64,000 bases of DNA from Eledone cirrhosa (taxonomy: Eukaryota), in assembly GCA_964016885.1 (NCBI GenBank), contig OZ024743.1, positions 37,324,001 to 37,388,000 of the forward strand, given 5' to 3'. The notes below the pieces were generated by a model. It was not told the DNA's origin. It did no database searches and saw only the letters and a list, made by a program, of their open reading frames with translations. This document shows, in pieces, positions 25,201-38,250 of this stretch. A program made the translations under genes and the position numbers. Each line of letters starts with the position of its first letter. The first letter of the stretch is position 1.

Positions 25201-26389
25201 CTGTTGTAGCATCTCAACTCAAATCCCCCCAAAACCCATGTTCATCCAGGAACAAAAGAAGAATACCCGTTAGACCAGGTATGTAATACCAAGACGAATA
25301 ATAGGTCAAAGTCAATGCAAACTCAAATAAAAAACAATAAACTGTCAACTCTATATTTGATTGGTTGAAGGAAATTTTAAATAGAAGTTCTACTCCCTTG
25401 TTCTTTTACAGAATATTGATATGAAAACATCTATTGCTTTTGCGAACAACGTATGGACTTTGAATGGAAGGAGAACACAATATAATATCAAATAGATGGT
25501 TCTTAAGAAAGGTTAAACGTACATTAACTTGTCTAGGAGAGGCAGGCTTTGGACCACTGAGAAGACTCCAATGAATTTCTCAAATCATAGAGCGAGGTAT
25601 TCACATCTTGTCCTCATTTCAGGAAATTACTCTTTAAATGCAGGAAAGTCTATTCTCCATACAATACGCCTCCGCTACTACTTTGCTTATTTGGTACACA
25701 AGCATCTAAAATATACGCTTCAACTAATATAATCATGCATACTCGAAATACCTTCTCTGTTCTTCAAAAGGAAATACCACACCAATACAGACAAGCAGGG
25801 CTATTGCCTTAGCACTGCCTTTTTTTCATTTTCGCACAAGACACATGCAACATTTCGTGATCTAATGCAGACAATCAAACAGATGTAGTGTGAAATATAG
25901 TGGGTCAAATGAAGTGTCTTTATAGTTGGGTAAAACTACTATATACCTCTTTAGTGGATACAGAGCTCTCTTACCACATGTTATATATAACGTCACGCAC
26001 AATTATTTCTCTCTCTCTCTTCCTCTCTCTCTCTTTCTCTCTCTCTCTCTGTATATATATATATATATGTGTGCGTGTGTGTGTGTGTGTGTGTGGTTTG
26101 ATATAACGAACTATCCATATGAGTAACCTATACATAAATGCCCACAAAGACATACACCCACCACACAGATATATACATATATATATGTGTATATATTTTC
26201 TAACATTAGCATTAACATTTTTGTTATATATATATATATATATGTATGTATTTCTATATACCGCACATACACGGGGGAAGAGAGAGAAAGAGGTACATAT
26301 ATAGATTTATAAAAGCTGACATAGAATTAGATACTTGCTAATGCATGTATTTCTACACACACACACAAACACACATACACACACACACA

Positions 26390-26464
<75 letters not shown>

Positions 26465-26662
26465 ACAAATACACACACACACACACACGCGCACACACAC
26501 ACACACAAACATACACACACGCACAAACATGGTTCTTGCAGACTTCTTCCCCAATTATGACATTCTGTTAATGGAAGTTATTCTGTTGGATCCAAGTTCC
26601 AACCCACCAGCATGAACACCCCCATATTTATATATACGTATATATACACACACTCCACCCCC

Positions 26663-26694
<32 letters not shown>

Positions 26695-27096
26695 GGAGAG
26701 AGAGAGAGAGAAATACGCACACACAAACATATATCTACGTATTTAACTATATACATATATATATATATAAATATATATGTATGTATATACTGTATATATA
26801 TATATATATATATACACATATATATATACATATATATATACATGTACATACATATATATATATACATATATATATATATACATATACATATATACATACA
26901 TATACATATACACATATATACATACATACATATACATATATATATTTATTAAAATAACAGATTAAAGTTTAAGCAAAGAATCGCTGCTTTCACCCTTAAC
27001 GGGATCTTCTGAAACTAACAAAGTCAATCTGTAAACGCAGTTTTATTATTATTACATATATATATATATATACATATATACATATATACATATATC

Positions 27097-27920
27097 TTGG
27101 TTGGCCATCGTAAACGATGATGACATCTTCTTTATTGTTGTTCCCGTCTGCCGTGGGCACGAAGGTGGCTGTGGAGGTCGATCCTTGACTTGCAGGTCCG
27201 GGGACAGTCGAGGCAGGAGAAGAGACCGGTGTCAGACTGGCAACTCCCAGAGGTTACCTCCACATCTCGCCCATCGCCGCAGGGCTTTGGGAGTGCACGC
27301 TAAAGAAGAAACCTGTGCGGGAAAGGTTTATAGTGAGAGGGCCAGTCCACAGTGACGGTCCCACTCACTCAGCGACAGAAGTCAGAATCCGGTGGTACGG
27401 AGGACCGTCACGACCAGAGACTTCCTTGGCTGCAGTGGATGGCCACGACGTCTGTAGTGCCTTACCGTGCCCTAGCGCTCCACATCGCTTGCTGTCGCCG
27501 CCTTCGTGACCGTTGGGACGATGCTGTCCTCCTCCACTCACTCCGCCGGGTCCAGTCTTCGCATGCAGGAGCAGGCATCCCCTATCTAACTCACCGGGGG
27601 GTTTCAGACCCGTCCGGCTACCTTCAACCTGGTTTGGCCCGCCAGCCAAGGCGGTTTACCGGGGTGTGACCGCTGTCGCATGCTACAGCTTCTTGGGGCC
27701 ACAGGTGAGAGCTGATTGTCAGATGGGACCCAATGCGGGACGAGCTGTCCTGAAAAGGGCATTGCTAGCCCTCCCTACAGAGGTACATGTCCCTCCCTGA
27801 CACTCCACGCATATACACACGCATATACATACACATATATATGTCCATGTGAATATACATATTTATACAATTTTGGATGGCCGTTGACTCTTATGAGTTC
27901 TTCCGCCCTTTGGCGGATAC
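27097..27920 (-). mobile_element. GC-rich non-coding insertion in (TA)n, probable non-autonomous retroelement
   Basis: A sharp GC-rich block between TA tracts. Its minus-strand 5' end shares ggcggaagaactcataagagtcaacggccatccaaaa with 6876-6915. Confidence 0.45.
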
Positions 27921-28079
27921 ATATATATATATATATATAGTATTAAGGATACTATTTATGGTTATGTATATACTAACACCTTTTATAGTTATATATATAT
28001 TATACCCTAAATAGTGAAAGACAGTAATTTATTACTATCTTATTACCAGTAAGATAAATAGCTCAATGTAACAACATTG

Positions 28080-28157
<78 letters not shown>

Positions 28158-28159
28158 AT

Positions 28160-29113
28160 ATATCTATCTATCTAAGGCGGGTAAAATTCCCGAGATCCAA
28201 GGACGAGTTCTCTCCAGCGGTCTCTGTCCCTCATTATCGCTGCCATGTCCTGCGTCTCCAACAGACCCGTGTCTGTCCTTAGGGCATCAACATACGATAA
28301 CCTTGGTCTTCCTCTTCTAGTGTGTCCATGTAGGGGTTCCCAAAGGAGCACTGAGTGCAATGTCAACTCTGGATGTCGGTGAGCATGTCCAGCTAACCTC
28401 AGTCTCCTCTGTGTCACTTTTGAGCTGACTTTTGGGATGCTCCCATACAGCTCTGAGTTTTTCATCCTCAGTGTATACTGATTAATGTTCAGCGTCATCC
28501 TCAGCATTCTCGTGTAGCACCCATCCACCATCTGAGTGAGTTTCTTGGTCAGTGTCCAAGTCTCAGACCCATACAGCAGCACAGACTCCACTACAGCAAT
28601 GAAGAGGCGGATTTTCAGGTCTCTACGAAGGTCCGACTTCCACACCGATCTCAAGCTGTGGCACGCCGCCCAGGCCTTGCTCTTCCTCTCAACCACATCA
28701 TCTTCCGTATTCCCAATCTTTGCTCCCAAATACAGGAAGCCCTCAACCAATTCTAGCGGCTTCCCGCCTACATTAGTGATCCCTCTGGCTTCTCAACATT
28801 CTCTACCAGATATTTTGTTTTAGTCTCATTCATTCTCAGCCCCACACTCATCGACACAGTCATTACACCTGATGGGATGACAGAGTTCTTTGAGATACTG
28901 GCTGGAGTGCTCCAGGGAGATACATTGGCTCCCTACCTTTTTATCATCGTAGTGGACTATTGTATGCGCCTTGCACTGGAGAAACACCAGGACAGTGGCT
29001 TTACTGTAGCACCGGCTCAGAGCAGGAGAGTTAGGGCGAAAAAGGTATCGGATGCTGAATTTGCCGACGACATAGTTTTGGTGACAAATACAGTGAAGGA
29101 GGCAGAAGATTTG
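28160..29113 (-). mobile_element. 5'-truncated RTE-like LINE with 5' inversion
   Basis: Minus 28855-28172 encodes the RT thumb and C-terminus (FLYLG...ESVLLYGSETWTLT...RRGRP) and ends in TAG plus (ATAG)n. Plus 28860-29113 encodes the immediately upstream RT core ([13 protein letters not shown]...EFADDIVL). Embedded in (TA)n. Confidence 0.88.
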
Positions 29114-29258
29114 ATATATATATATATATATATACATATATATACATATATATACATATACATATATATACATATATATGTACATATATATACATATACA
29201 TATATATGTACATATATATGTACATATATATTTACATATATATATACATATATATGTA

Positions 29259-29326
<68 letters not shown>

Positions 29327-29331
<5 letters not shown>

Positions 29332-30035
29332 AAAAAGGGATGAAATCGAAAATGCAACTGAAGTCTTATTTTTTTTTAAATATATATATTTATTTGGTTC
29401 CTTTACCGGTTTCGCAGTTCTTCTGCTTTTCAAAAGGTGAGTTGAGATGGAGGGTCTGTGGTTTTTCTCACATCTGGTTGGTCTCTAAATGTTACTTGTT
29501 TTATATGGAAAAACTGGCTCGAAAACCAGGTTTTTCGAGAAGTAATTTGATTGGTTTGTCAATAATTATAATAAATTTCGCGCCAGTTCGCGTTACAATA
29601 GTGAGCCTTCGTGAGCCTCATTTTTTCAAGTAAAAAGAAATTCAAACACTCATATATGAAAAAACAACCTGTGACAACCCCCCCCCCTCTCTTATTTGAA
29701 GAACTATTGTAACGCGAACTGGCGCGAAATTTATTATAATTATTGACAAACCAATCAAATTACTTCTCGAAAAACCTGGTTTTCGAGCCAGTTTTTCCAT
29801 ATAAAACAAGTAACATTTAGAGACCAACCAGATGTGAGAAAAACCACAGACCCTCCATCTCAACTCACCTTTTGAAAAGCAGAAGAACTGCGAAACCGGT
29901 AAAGGAACCAAATAAATATATATATTTAAAAAAAAATAAGACTTCAGTTGCATTTTCGATTTCATCCCTTTTTCTTTATACTTTCACTCGTGTAGGACAC
30001 CTCGGTTATTTTTCATTTTGTAAAAAAAACCTCAC

Positions 30036-30042
<7 letters not shown>
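29327..30042 (+). mobile_element. Penelope-like family B terminal fragment: inverted partial pLTR (29327-29602) plus pLTR (29605-30042)
   Basis: The arms are reverse complements of each other. The same sequence occurs at 45380-47605, which carries a GIY-YIG C-terminus. Confidence 0.85.
29868..29905 (+). ncRNA. Minimal hammerhead ribozyme, U3-A8 core variant (other copies 29400-29437 -, 45517-45554 -, 47494-47531 +)
   Basis: CCTT-TTGAAAA-GCAG(AAGAA)CTGC-GAAA-CCGG-TA-AAGG: 4 bp stem I, 4 bp stem II, palindromic ACCGGT stem III, GUA cleavage triplet, followed by AATAAA. Confidence 0.75.
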
Positions 30043-30072
<30 letters not shown>

Positions 30073-30330
30073 AAAGAATAGAAGTGTAACACACAAGTTA
30101 TTATATATTGGTAAACGGAATAGAAAATGCTGACAAATTGTTCACGGTTGAAAAATGTTTTAATTAGGAATAAAAGAGTATTAGTGATTGTATGGGTTAG
30201 TATTCAGTTGTGGTTTTAAGTTTTTAAGTTTTTACCGGTTGCGCATTTCTAAATGCTTTTCAAAAATAGGTAGAATTCCCAAAACTAATCAGATCAGAGC
30301 AAACAACACGGACACTCTATCTCAAAATTA

Positions 30331-30367
30331 TTTTTGAAAAGCATTTAGAAATGCGCAACCGGTAAAA
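30331..30367 (+). ncRNA. Hammerhead-like motif of family A (copies 33001-33037 + and ~30230-30266 -)
   Basis: TTT-TTGAAAA-GCATT(TAGA)AATGC-GCAA-CCGG-TA-AAA. U3-A8 core, with GCAA in place of GAAA. Confidence 0.5.
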
Positions 30368-30485
30368 ACTTAAAAACTTAAAACCACAACTGAATACTAA
30401 CCCATACAATCACTAATACTCTTTTATTCCTAATTAAACCATTTTTCAACTGTGAACAATTTGTCAGCATTTTCTATTCCGTTTA

Positions 30486-30565
<80 letters not shown>

Positions 30566-30583
30566 TATATATGTACATATATA

Positions 30584-30671
<88 letters not shown>

Positions 30672-30777
30672 TATATATGTACATATATATACATATACAT
30701 ATATATGTACATATATATGTACATATATATACATATATATGTACTTATATATATATATACATATATATACATATATA

Positions 30778-30808
<31 letters not shown>

Positions 30809-30831
30809 ATACATAACATGTATATTTATAT

Positions 30832-30876
<45 letters not shown>

Positions 30877-30881
30877 TATGC

Positions 30882-30916
<35 letters not shown>

Positions 30917-31971
30917 GTTAAAAGAGAAAACATCGAAAGAGAAAACATCGAAAAACTTAAAGAATTTCATACACTTATAAATGGGCTCAACACAAATATT
31001 AACTTCACGATGGAATACAGCCATCAACAACTCCCCTTCCTCGACATCCTCATTAAGATCCATAACAAAAAAATAGAAACAGACATATACTACAAGCCCA
31101 CAGACTCCAAGCAATATCTCCCCTTCAACTCTTGCCACCCTAGACACGTTAAAATTAATATTCCCTACAACTTAGCCAAGAGAATCTGTACTATAGTCTC
31201 CAATAAAAACATCTGCTACTTACGGCTACAAGAACTAAAGGACACACTCATAGGCATGGACTACCCTGCATCACTAATTGACAATGGAATCCAGCGAGCC
31301 CTAAAATTCAGTACCCAGGACCTTAGACACCCTAAAGTAAATCAACCAAAACTAAAAGCTCTTCCATACATCTCCACACACAACCCCCTCAACAATGAGG
31401 CCTTTGACACCATCCTCCAGAACATCCCTGTCTTGAAAAAGGACCATAGAATGAACCAAATTCTACGAACACAGGATATCATAAAGAGCAAAAGACAATC
31501 CAAATCAATGAAAAACATCTTAACACATGCCAAAGTACTGCCAACCACAACAACGAAACCCACAGTAAAAAAATGCGATAGACCCAACTGTGGCATTTGA
31601 ATCAACCTAATAGAGGGTTCGGAATTCTATTTCAAAGATGGACAACGTTTTATAGTAAAACACAATTTCACATGTGCATCGGAAAATCTAATATATGTAT
31701 TAACTTGTTCAGGTTGTCGAGAACAATACATAGGCCAGCCCCAAAACAGCCTCCGCCAACGCATGACTGTCCATAGATCCCAAATCAAAATACGGGAATA
31801 CAGGAAAATACCACTGAGTGAACACATTGATACCTGTGCCGCCCAAAATCATCCCAACTTCAGAATCTTTCCCCTCTACAAATTTAAAGATAATGCCACC
31901 CACACCCAGCGCATCAGCAAGGAATCTTACTTCATTAACAAATATTGACCCCGTCTAAACACTTCTCCTTA
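30917..31971 (+). pseudogene. PLE RT thumb plus GIY-YIG endonuclease (two in-frame TGA)
   Basis: The frame continues through TGA at 31598-31600 into the GIY-YIG motif. The long I/Y run at the start of the ORF is (TA)n artefact. Confidence 0.85.
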
Positions 31972-32112
31972 AGACGAACCCATAACATACACACGTCAAC
32001 ATACATACCTACATCAGCACACATCTCTACCCACATATAAACACAATGACATACATAAACACACATGCTCTATGGTGCAACACAAAAAAATATATGTGCA
32101 TATATATATGTA

Positions 32113-32151
<39 letters not shown>

Positions 32152-32311
32152 ATAGTGAATATATGTATGTGTATATATATATAGTGAATATCATTTCACA
32201 CCTTTTATTGTTAAGATTTTTGATGTTCTATTAAGAGAACCGATTTTACTGAAAAAATCGAATAATGTACACCATTTTACCAGGGGGAAAAATACTGGTC
32301 CACCCCCACAA

Positions 32312-32342
<31 letters not shown>

Positions 32343-32520
32343 CATACACACATACACACGCGTACATCAACATACAAAGAGACTTATATATACACACACA
32401 CACACACGCACTTCTCCGTATAAAACAAAAGCTGAAAAATATCTTTTGACATGCTAAAATAGCCCCCATTGCTTTCAGACACATTCTTACTGACCATCCC
32501 TGCCACCACGAATTACTCTG

Positions 32521-32554
<34 letters not shown>

Positions 32555-32626
32555 ATCTTAATAGCCATTTGACACACATCACTGCTAACCATTATCACAA
32601 CATCGAACACCTTACTACTACTACTA

Positions 32627-32696
<70 letters not shown>

Positions 32697-33155
32697 TTGT
32701 TGTGAAAGAGTCATTTCTCAATCTTGGCGCAAAACCAATTTTTTATTCACATGACCTCTACCGACCAATCAAAATTGTTTTGACCACAAGAATTTTTGCT
32801 GGAGCCACTTTTTTAACATAAAAACAGTCTTGGCGCAAAATCAATTTTTTACATTCACATGACCTCTACCGACCAATCAAAATTGTTTTGACCACAAGAA
32901 TTTTTGCAAATTGGAGCCACTTTTTTAACGTAAAAACAGGTAGAATTCCCAAAACTAATCAGATCAGAGCAAACAGCACGGACACTCTATCTCAAAATTA
33001 TTTTTGAAAAGCATTTAGAAATGCGCAACCGGTAAAAACTTAAAAACTTAAAACCACAACTGAATACTAACCCATACAATCACTAATACTCTTTTATTCC
33101 TAATTAAACCATTTTTCAACTGTGAACAATTTGTCAGCATTTTCTATTCCGTTTA

Positions 33156-33243
<88 letters not shown>

Positions 33244-33245
33244 CA

Positions 33246-33316
<71 letters not shown>

Positions 33317-33959
33317 TATATATATATATAATTATATATATACATATACACAGACCTTATTAAACTCACCTCCACGTTCCATCCTGATAAATTGTGTTGA
33401 TAATTTGTTTTCTGTCAAAGTTTTGTTTTTGCCATGAATACACAACTAGGAATTCAGAGATATTTGTATTTTTGTGCATGTGCGTATGTGTGCGTGTGAG
33501 TATGTAAATTTTTCCATGTGTGTATGTGTTAGCAAGAATTTCTGTGTATATGTGTGCATATGTATATATACGTTTATCTATGAATTTGTTTGTGTGCATG
33601 TGATTGTATGAGTGCATGTGTGAGTGTTATGTGTGCATGCGTGTGAGTTTTTATGTGTACGTGTGGGAATATATGTGAATCATATATGTGAATATATGCG
33701 TGTATGAGTGCATGCTTTAGTGTTTGGTGTATGTGCCTACGTGTGTATATATATATGTGTGTGTGGGTGTGGGAATATATGCGTATTAATATATATGTGT
33801 GTATGTGTGCATGCTTGAGTGCTTTGTGTATATGTGCCTACGTGTGTATATATGTGTTCAAAATATATATGCGTATATGTTCGCGCGTATGAAAAACACG
33901 TTGAATGTAATTTCTATTTTGTATGTTCTTTCTTTTTATAGCATTACAGACGATGCAGA

Positions 33960-34220
33960 TTGTTGAGTTACAATACACGAGATGAATAGTTCTATACCAT
34001 TCCATTAACTCTTGGATTGTTGAGGTACAATACATGAGATGAAGAGTTCTATACCATTCCATTGCACCTTGTTGAGTTACAATACATGAGATAAAGGGTT
34101 CTATACCATTCCATTGCACCTTGTTGAGTTACAATACATGAGATAAAGGGTTCTATACCATTCCATTGCACCTTGTTGAGTTACAATACATGAGATAAAG
34201 GGTTCTATACCATTCCATTA
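33960..34220. repeat. ~52 bp minisatellite, about 5 units
   Basis: ttgttgagttacaatacatgagataaagggttctataccattccattgcacc at 34069, 34121 and 34173, with diverged units upstream. Confidence 0.9.
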
Positions 34221-35642
34221 TCTCTTAGACAAGTGTTAATTATCATAGTTTCGGCTTGAACAAGAGATTGCGAATGAAATTAGGTAGATGGAAACTGTTT
34301 GGAAGTTCGTCAGATTGTACTTGTATTTGTAACTAAAACAGCTAACGTTTTCATACACTTTGTTAGCACTGAATCTCCCTGTTAATGTTACAGGCTTCTA
34401 AGGAATACGCAGTCAATTACATTTCCTGAATAGGCTGTTCCGTCGATTGAATCAAATAGAACAGACATCGTTTGAATCGACAGAAGTCCTGCACACAACG
34501 TTACCTCTTACACATTGCATCTGCAGTTTTATTAAATATTTCATGACTTTACTATACTGGCTTTTGTTTAACTCTTCTAAATTTGTGTTTTATTAAATTT
34601 ATTAATTATACTTTTGTGTTTTGTATTATTTTTCAGTCTTATTTTTTCTGTATTTTGTATTTTTATTTTTGTATTAATATATTTGGTTTGTATTTTATAT
34701 GTTTGTGATTTTATATCATCTCTTTTTTTGCCCACATATTCCTGGGAAGGTCGTGTGAGCAGAGTCCTCAAGCCTATTTTAAGCTGTGGTAGCGCACATT
34801 TATCTATGAAATAACGAACATTTGGGCATATGCAGTTCTACAGAGGGAAAATATGTATAATTAATATTATATACGTTTATTGGCATTGTATAATAATTAT
34901 ATAAAAAACGTCGTTGTCGCTATTATTATAGATATCTCTATTGAATTTTGTTTATGTTAATGTGATGCCAAGCTACATGGAATAATTATCGTCTTTTGGA
35001 TGAGAACAACGATTTTCTTCAACTCACTTGATTTCCCCCCAACACAGTCACACATGTCCACATAGATACATCAATACACACACATAGACACACAAACATA
35101 CAAATGCATAAACATACACAAAACAGAGGACGTTGAACGTTATGAAAATCATGACTGAAACATTTAGTAAACAAGCACAGAGTTAGAAAGAAGTAAAGAA
35201 AGATAATATTAGACTTTTGTCTTAGAAAGTGGTTTGAAGATGAGGATGAAATCTGTGTTACCAGAGGCACATTTACAGTAACTAACCAACAATAATTAAT
35301 AATATTAACCGAAATAATAATGATGATGGTTGGTGGAGGTTGTGGCTGTGGTAGTGATAATGACAATGATGTGAGAAGTGAAAGAAGATGTGGGAAGAAT
35401 AGAAGAATAAGAAATACAATAAATAGGAAGAAAACAAAGAAAACGATGATGATGAGGAAGGGGGAGGGCAGAGAAGGGGGAGGAGGAAGTAGAACAACAA
35501 CAGCAAGACATGTGAATCCTTCTAATGATTTCAATTAGTTGGTGTTATTGTTTGAAGTTGACTGAATCCAATTAAATGAAGAACACTTGCGTCTTCTGAT
35601 TGGTTAGCAGCACATTGGGAATGGAGAAGAACATTAGAACAG

Positions 35643-36182
35643 GCACCACCACCACCACTACCACCTCCACCACCACCACCACCACCACCACCACCACCAC
35701 TACCACCAATACCACCACCACCACCACCACCACCATTAGCACTACAACCACCACCACTACCACCACCTTAACTACGACCACCACGACCACGACTACCACG
35801 ACGACGACTACAACAACGACGACAACGACTACCACCAGCACCACCACTACCAGCACTAGCACCAGCACCACCACTACCACCATCACCACCACCAGCACTA
35901 CCACTACCACCACCACGACCATCACCACAACCACCACCACCATCACCACAACCGCCATCACCACGACCACAATCACCGCCCCGTCACCACGACCAACACG
36001 ACGACCACCACCACCACCATCCCCACCACTACTACTACCACCACCACGACCATCACCACCACCACCACCATCACCACGACCGCCATCAACACCACCGCCA
36101 CCACCATTACCACTACCACCATAACCACCCCATCACCACAACCACCACCACCACCACCAACACACCATCCTATCCACCACCA
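35643..36182. repeat. (ACC)n-rich trinucleotide tract
   Basis: Direct reading; it explains the poly-Thr, poly-Val and poly-Pro ORFs. Confidence 0.9.
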
Positions 36183-36404
36183 TTTCGGAATGCTGTTTCT
36201 TATACGCTAATCACTCTCTTCAGATCACCCTAATACTGATTGTTGAGGTCACATCTGTCGACTGCTGCTCAACCAATTCACTCATCCTGTCTCCGTAGTG
36301 TTTGTGCACCGGGGAAAGATGCCGTTAGTTTCAAGTAACCGGGACACTCCCCCTGCTCTCTATCACAACTACAACGGTACGCGATGGGGCCCACCCATAG
36401 CCCG

Positions 36405-36820
36405 GCGGCAAACCTGTCGGAGAGCGACCTGTATTTGAGGAGTTTAGCCCCCTCAGCCCGACGTGTAGCAGAACCAGGGTCAGTCGCAGACTGCACCAGG
36501 TTGCGGCTGCAGAAAGTGTCGGTGCAAGTGGCCTCCCAGACGAGGAGTTTGCCACCGCGGAACGCGAAGATGGTCATGCCATCTGGCCTTTTGCCGTCCC
36601 CTCGATCCAGCCCCACCGGCTCGAGCTGGGAAGAGAAGCCTGCAGCGTCCAAGCCACGCTTAATAAACCTCGTTGAGGGCAGCTTGGCGTGGAATGCGGC
36701 CGGCATTGTGGCGACAGGAAAGTGGGTGGAGGCCGAAAGAGTCCACGGTGGAACCGCAGCGACATTGGTGTGGCTGGCAGATCCGGAGGCGAGCCTCAGG
36801 GAAACGCCGATGCGCAATAT
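36405..36820 (-). pseudogene. CRE-like LINE RLE domain fragment
   Basis: [51 protein letters not shown]...[26 protein letters not shown] Zn knuckle lies upstream in a shifted frame. Confidence 0.85.
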
Positions 36821-37416
36821 CACCCTTTTCATTACATATTTGTGGTTTATATAGAAAGTCATTTGCTTTAGATTATTCATGTTTAAATTTAAACGTTCAA
36901 TCATAATTTTATATGAGAAAAGTATGTCAAGTTATGTTTCAAATACAAGCTTAAATATACAAAATTTAGACATTTAACTAAATCCATCTATATTCTTGAT
37001 TATTTCCGAAATTATTTGAATATCATAGACATTATCTTCTATTAGATATATGGTAAAGAAAGGGTAAAATATAAAATATATTTTAATCAATATATGGTTG
37101 TTTAAAACATTTGAAAAAACAACATTTTTCTTTTCTTTTTCTTGTATTATCTGAGATATTTTCAGTTTTTGGTTTTCATATTCTTCAGTTTGTCAATTTT
37201 TCAATTTATCATTTGTAACCGAAATTTATATAAACGCAAAGATATCTATAGAACCAATGAAATTACAAACACATTTCCTCATATCTTGCGACAGTTCAAC
37301 TGAACTTTAAAATCTATGCATATAAACGTTTGTTTATATGCTTCAGGACAAACCGGGCATACAAGTATACGTACATTTATAGATTATTTGTATGGGTACA
37401 ACACAATATCGTTTCT

Positions 37417-37452
<36 letters not shown>

Positions 37453-38089
37453 TTGGTCAGTCGAAGATTCGGCATCCACCAACGCCACTTTTTTCCTGAT
37501 GAAAGTCTTAGACATACAACATTGTTTGTCCATGGTCCCTGACCCACAGCATTGATGGTGGGGAAAGATAAAATATATACCTAGGAAATAAGTCGTTAGA
37601 ACGTTGGTTAGAATTCTTTACAGTATTTGGTCCGGCTCTCTGCGCTCTCTGAGCTCAAATATAGCCAAGATCAATTTTGCTGTTTATTCTTTCAAGGTTG
37701 ATGAAAAACGCAACAGTCTAGTACTGGGGTCCATTCTTTATCTATATCTATTTTTCACTTCTCTTGAAGAAATCGGCTGTTTTCAAGCATAGAGAGGGAT
37801 TAGCCCCACCAGGTATAAATGTCCAAGGCACACTGTGTGACGTTTCAGAATCCCTTTGGCCCCATCAAGAGTTATATTCCATACATCATACTTATGAAAA
37901 TACTAATAAACCACATAAAAAATGTAGATATAATTTATAAAACGTAAAATTATTATTACTGTATGTGTACTGAATTGACATCGGTTCCAACAACTTGTGC
38001 TTCGTTTTGATTCGAGCAACGAAACAACCCGTTCGTGAAATTAACGTGCATTGCATTCCATAGACACATCTGTACTTAATGTAGTTCTA

Positions 38090-38250
38090 ACCAGACGGGC
38101 CATTTGAGTTGCAGATACAACTTATTTCTATCAGCTAAGAAGACTGGAGCAACGGGGAACATAGTGTCTTGCTCAAGGGCACAATGTGCTGCCAGGAATC
38201 GAACTTACCAATTTACAATCAAGAGTCGAACATGGTAAATATTAAGATAC
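38090..38250 (-). mobile_element. Degenerate family-2 CORE-type SINE
   Basis: ctggagcaacggggaacatagtgtcttgctcaaggg...ggaatcgaac is the reverse complement of the family-2 core and B-box. Confidence 0.65.

Larger units (their letters stand above)
30105..33160 (+). mobile_element. Penelope-like family A (Neptune-like) element: inverted pLTR, pLTR, 5'-truncated RT-GIY-YIG ORF, 3' pLTR
   Basis: 30105-30267 is inverted relative to 30330-30490, and 30268-30490 is repeated at 32938-33160. The ORF at 30917-31970 contains [17 protein letters not shown]...TDIYYKPTD...SCHP, a CDRPNCGI* linker, NLIYVLTCSGCREQYIGQ and RMTVHRSQI. Confidence 0.9.

Noticed and set aside
26960-27025. Hammerhead-like cagaaga-tccc...ggg-tgaaa (minus), and cagatga...gaaagtatatactttc at ~60716-60750
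   Set aside because: Core U4 is altered and no stem I pairing can be formed.
29178-29965. Repeated ORF '[12 protein letters not shown]...' seen in several places, suggesting a gene family
   Set aside because: It is the antisense reading of the family B pLTR; the recurrence reflects repeat copies.
30452-30916. N-terminal I/Y-rich part of the 382 aa ORF, and all other YI/CV/TH-repeat ORFs
   Set aside because: These are translations of (TA)n, (CA)n and (ATGT)n microsatellites.
33960-34220. CRISPR-like regular repeats (also 9475-9735)
   Set aside because: The units are contiguous with no unique spacers, the context is eukaryotic, and there are no cas genes.
35600-36124. Thr/Pro-rich ORF resembling a mucin
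   Set aside because: It is an imperfect (ACC)n microsatellite, open in several frames on both strands, with no signal peptide or splice context.
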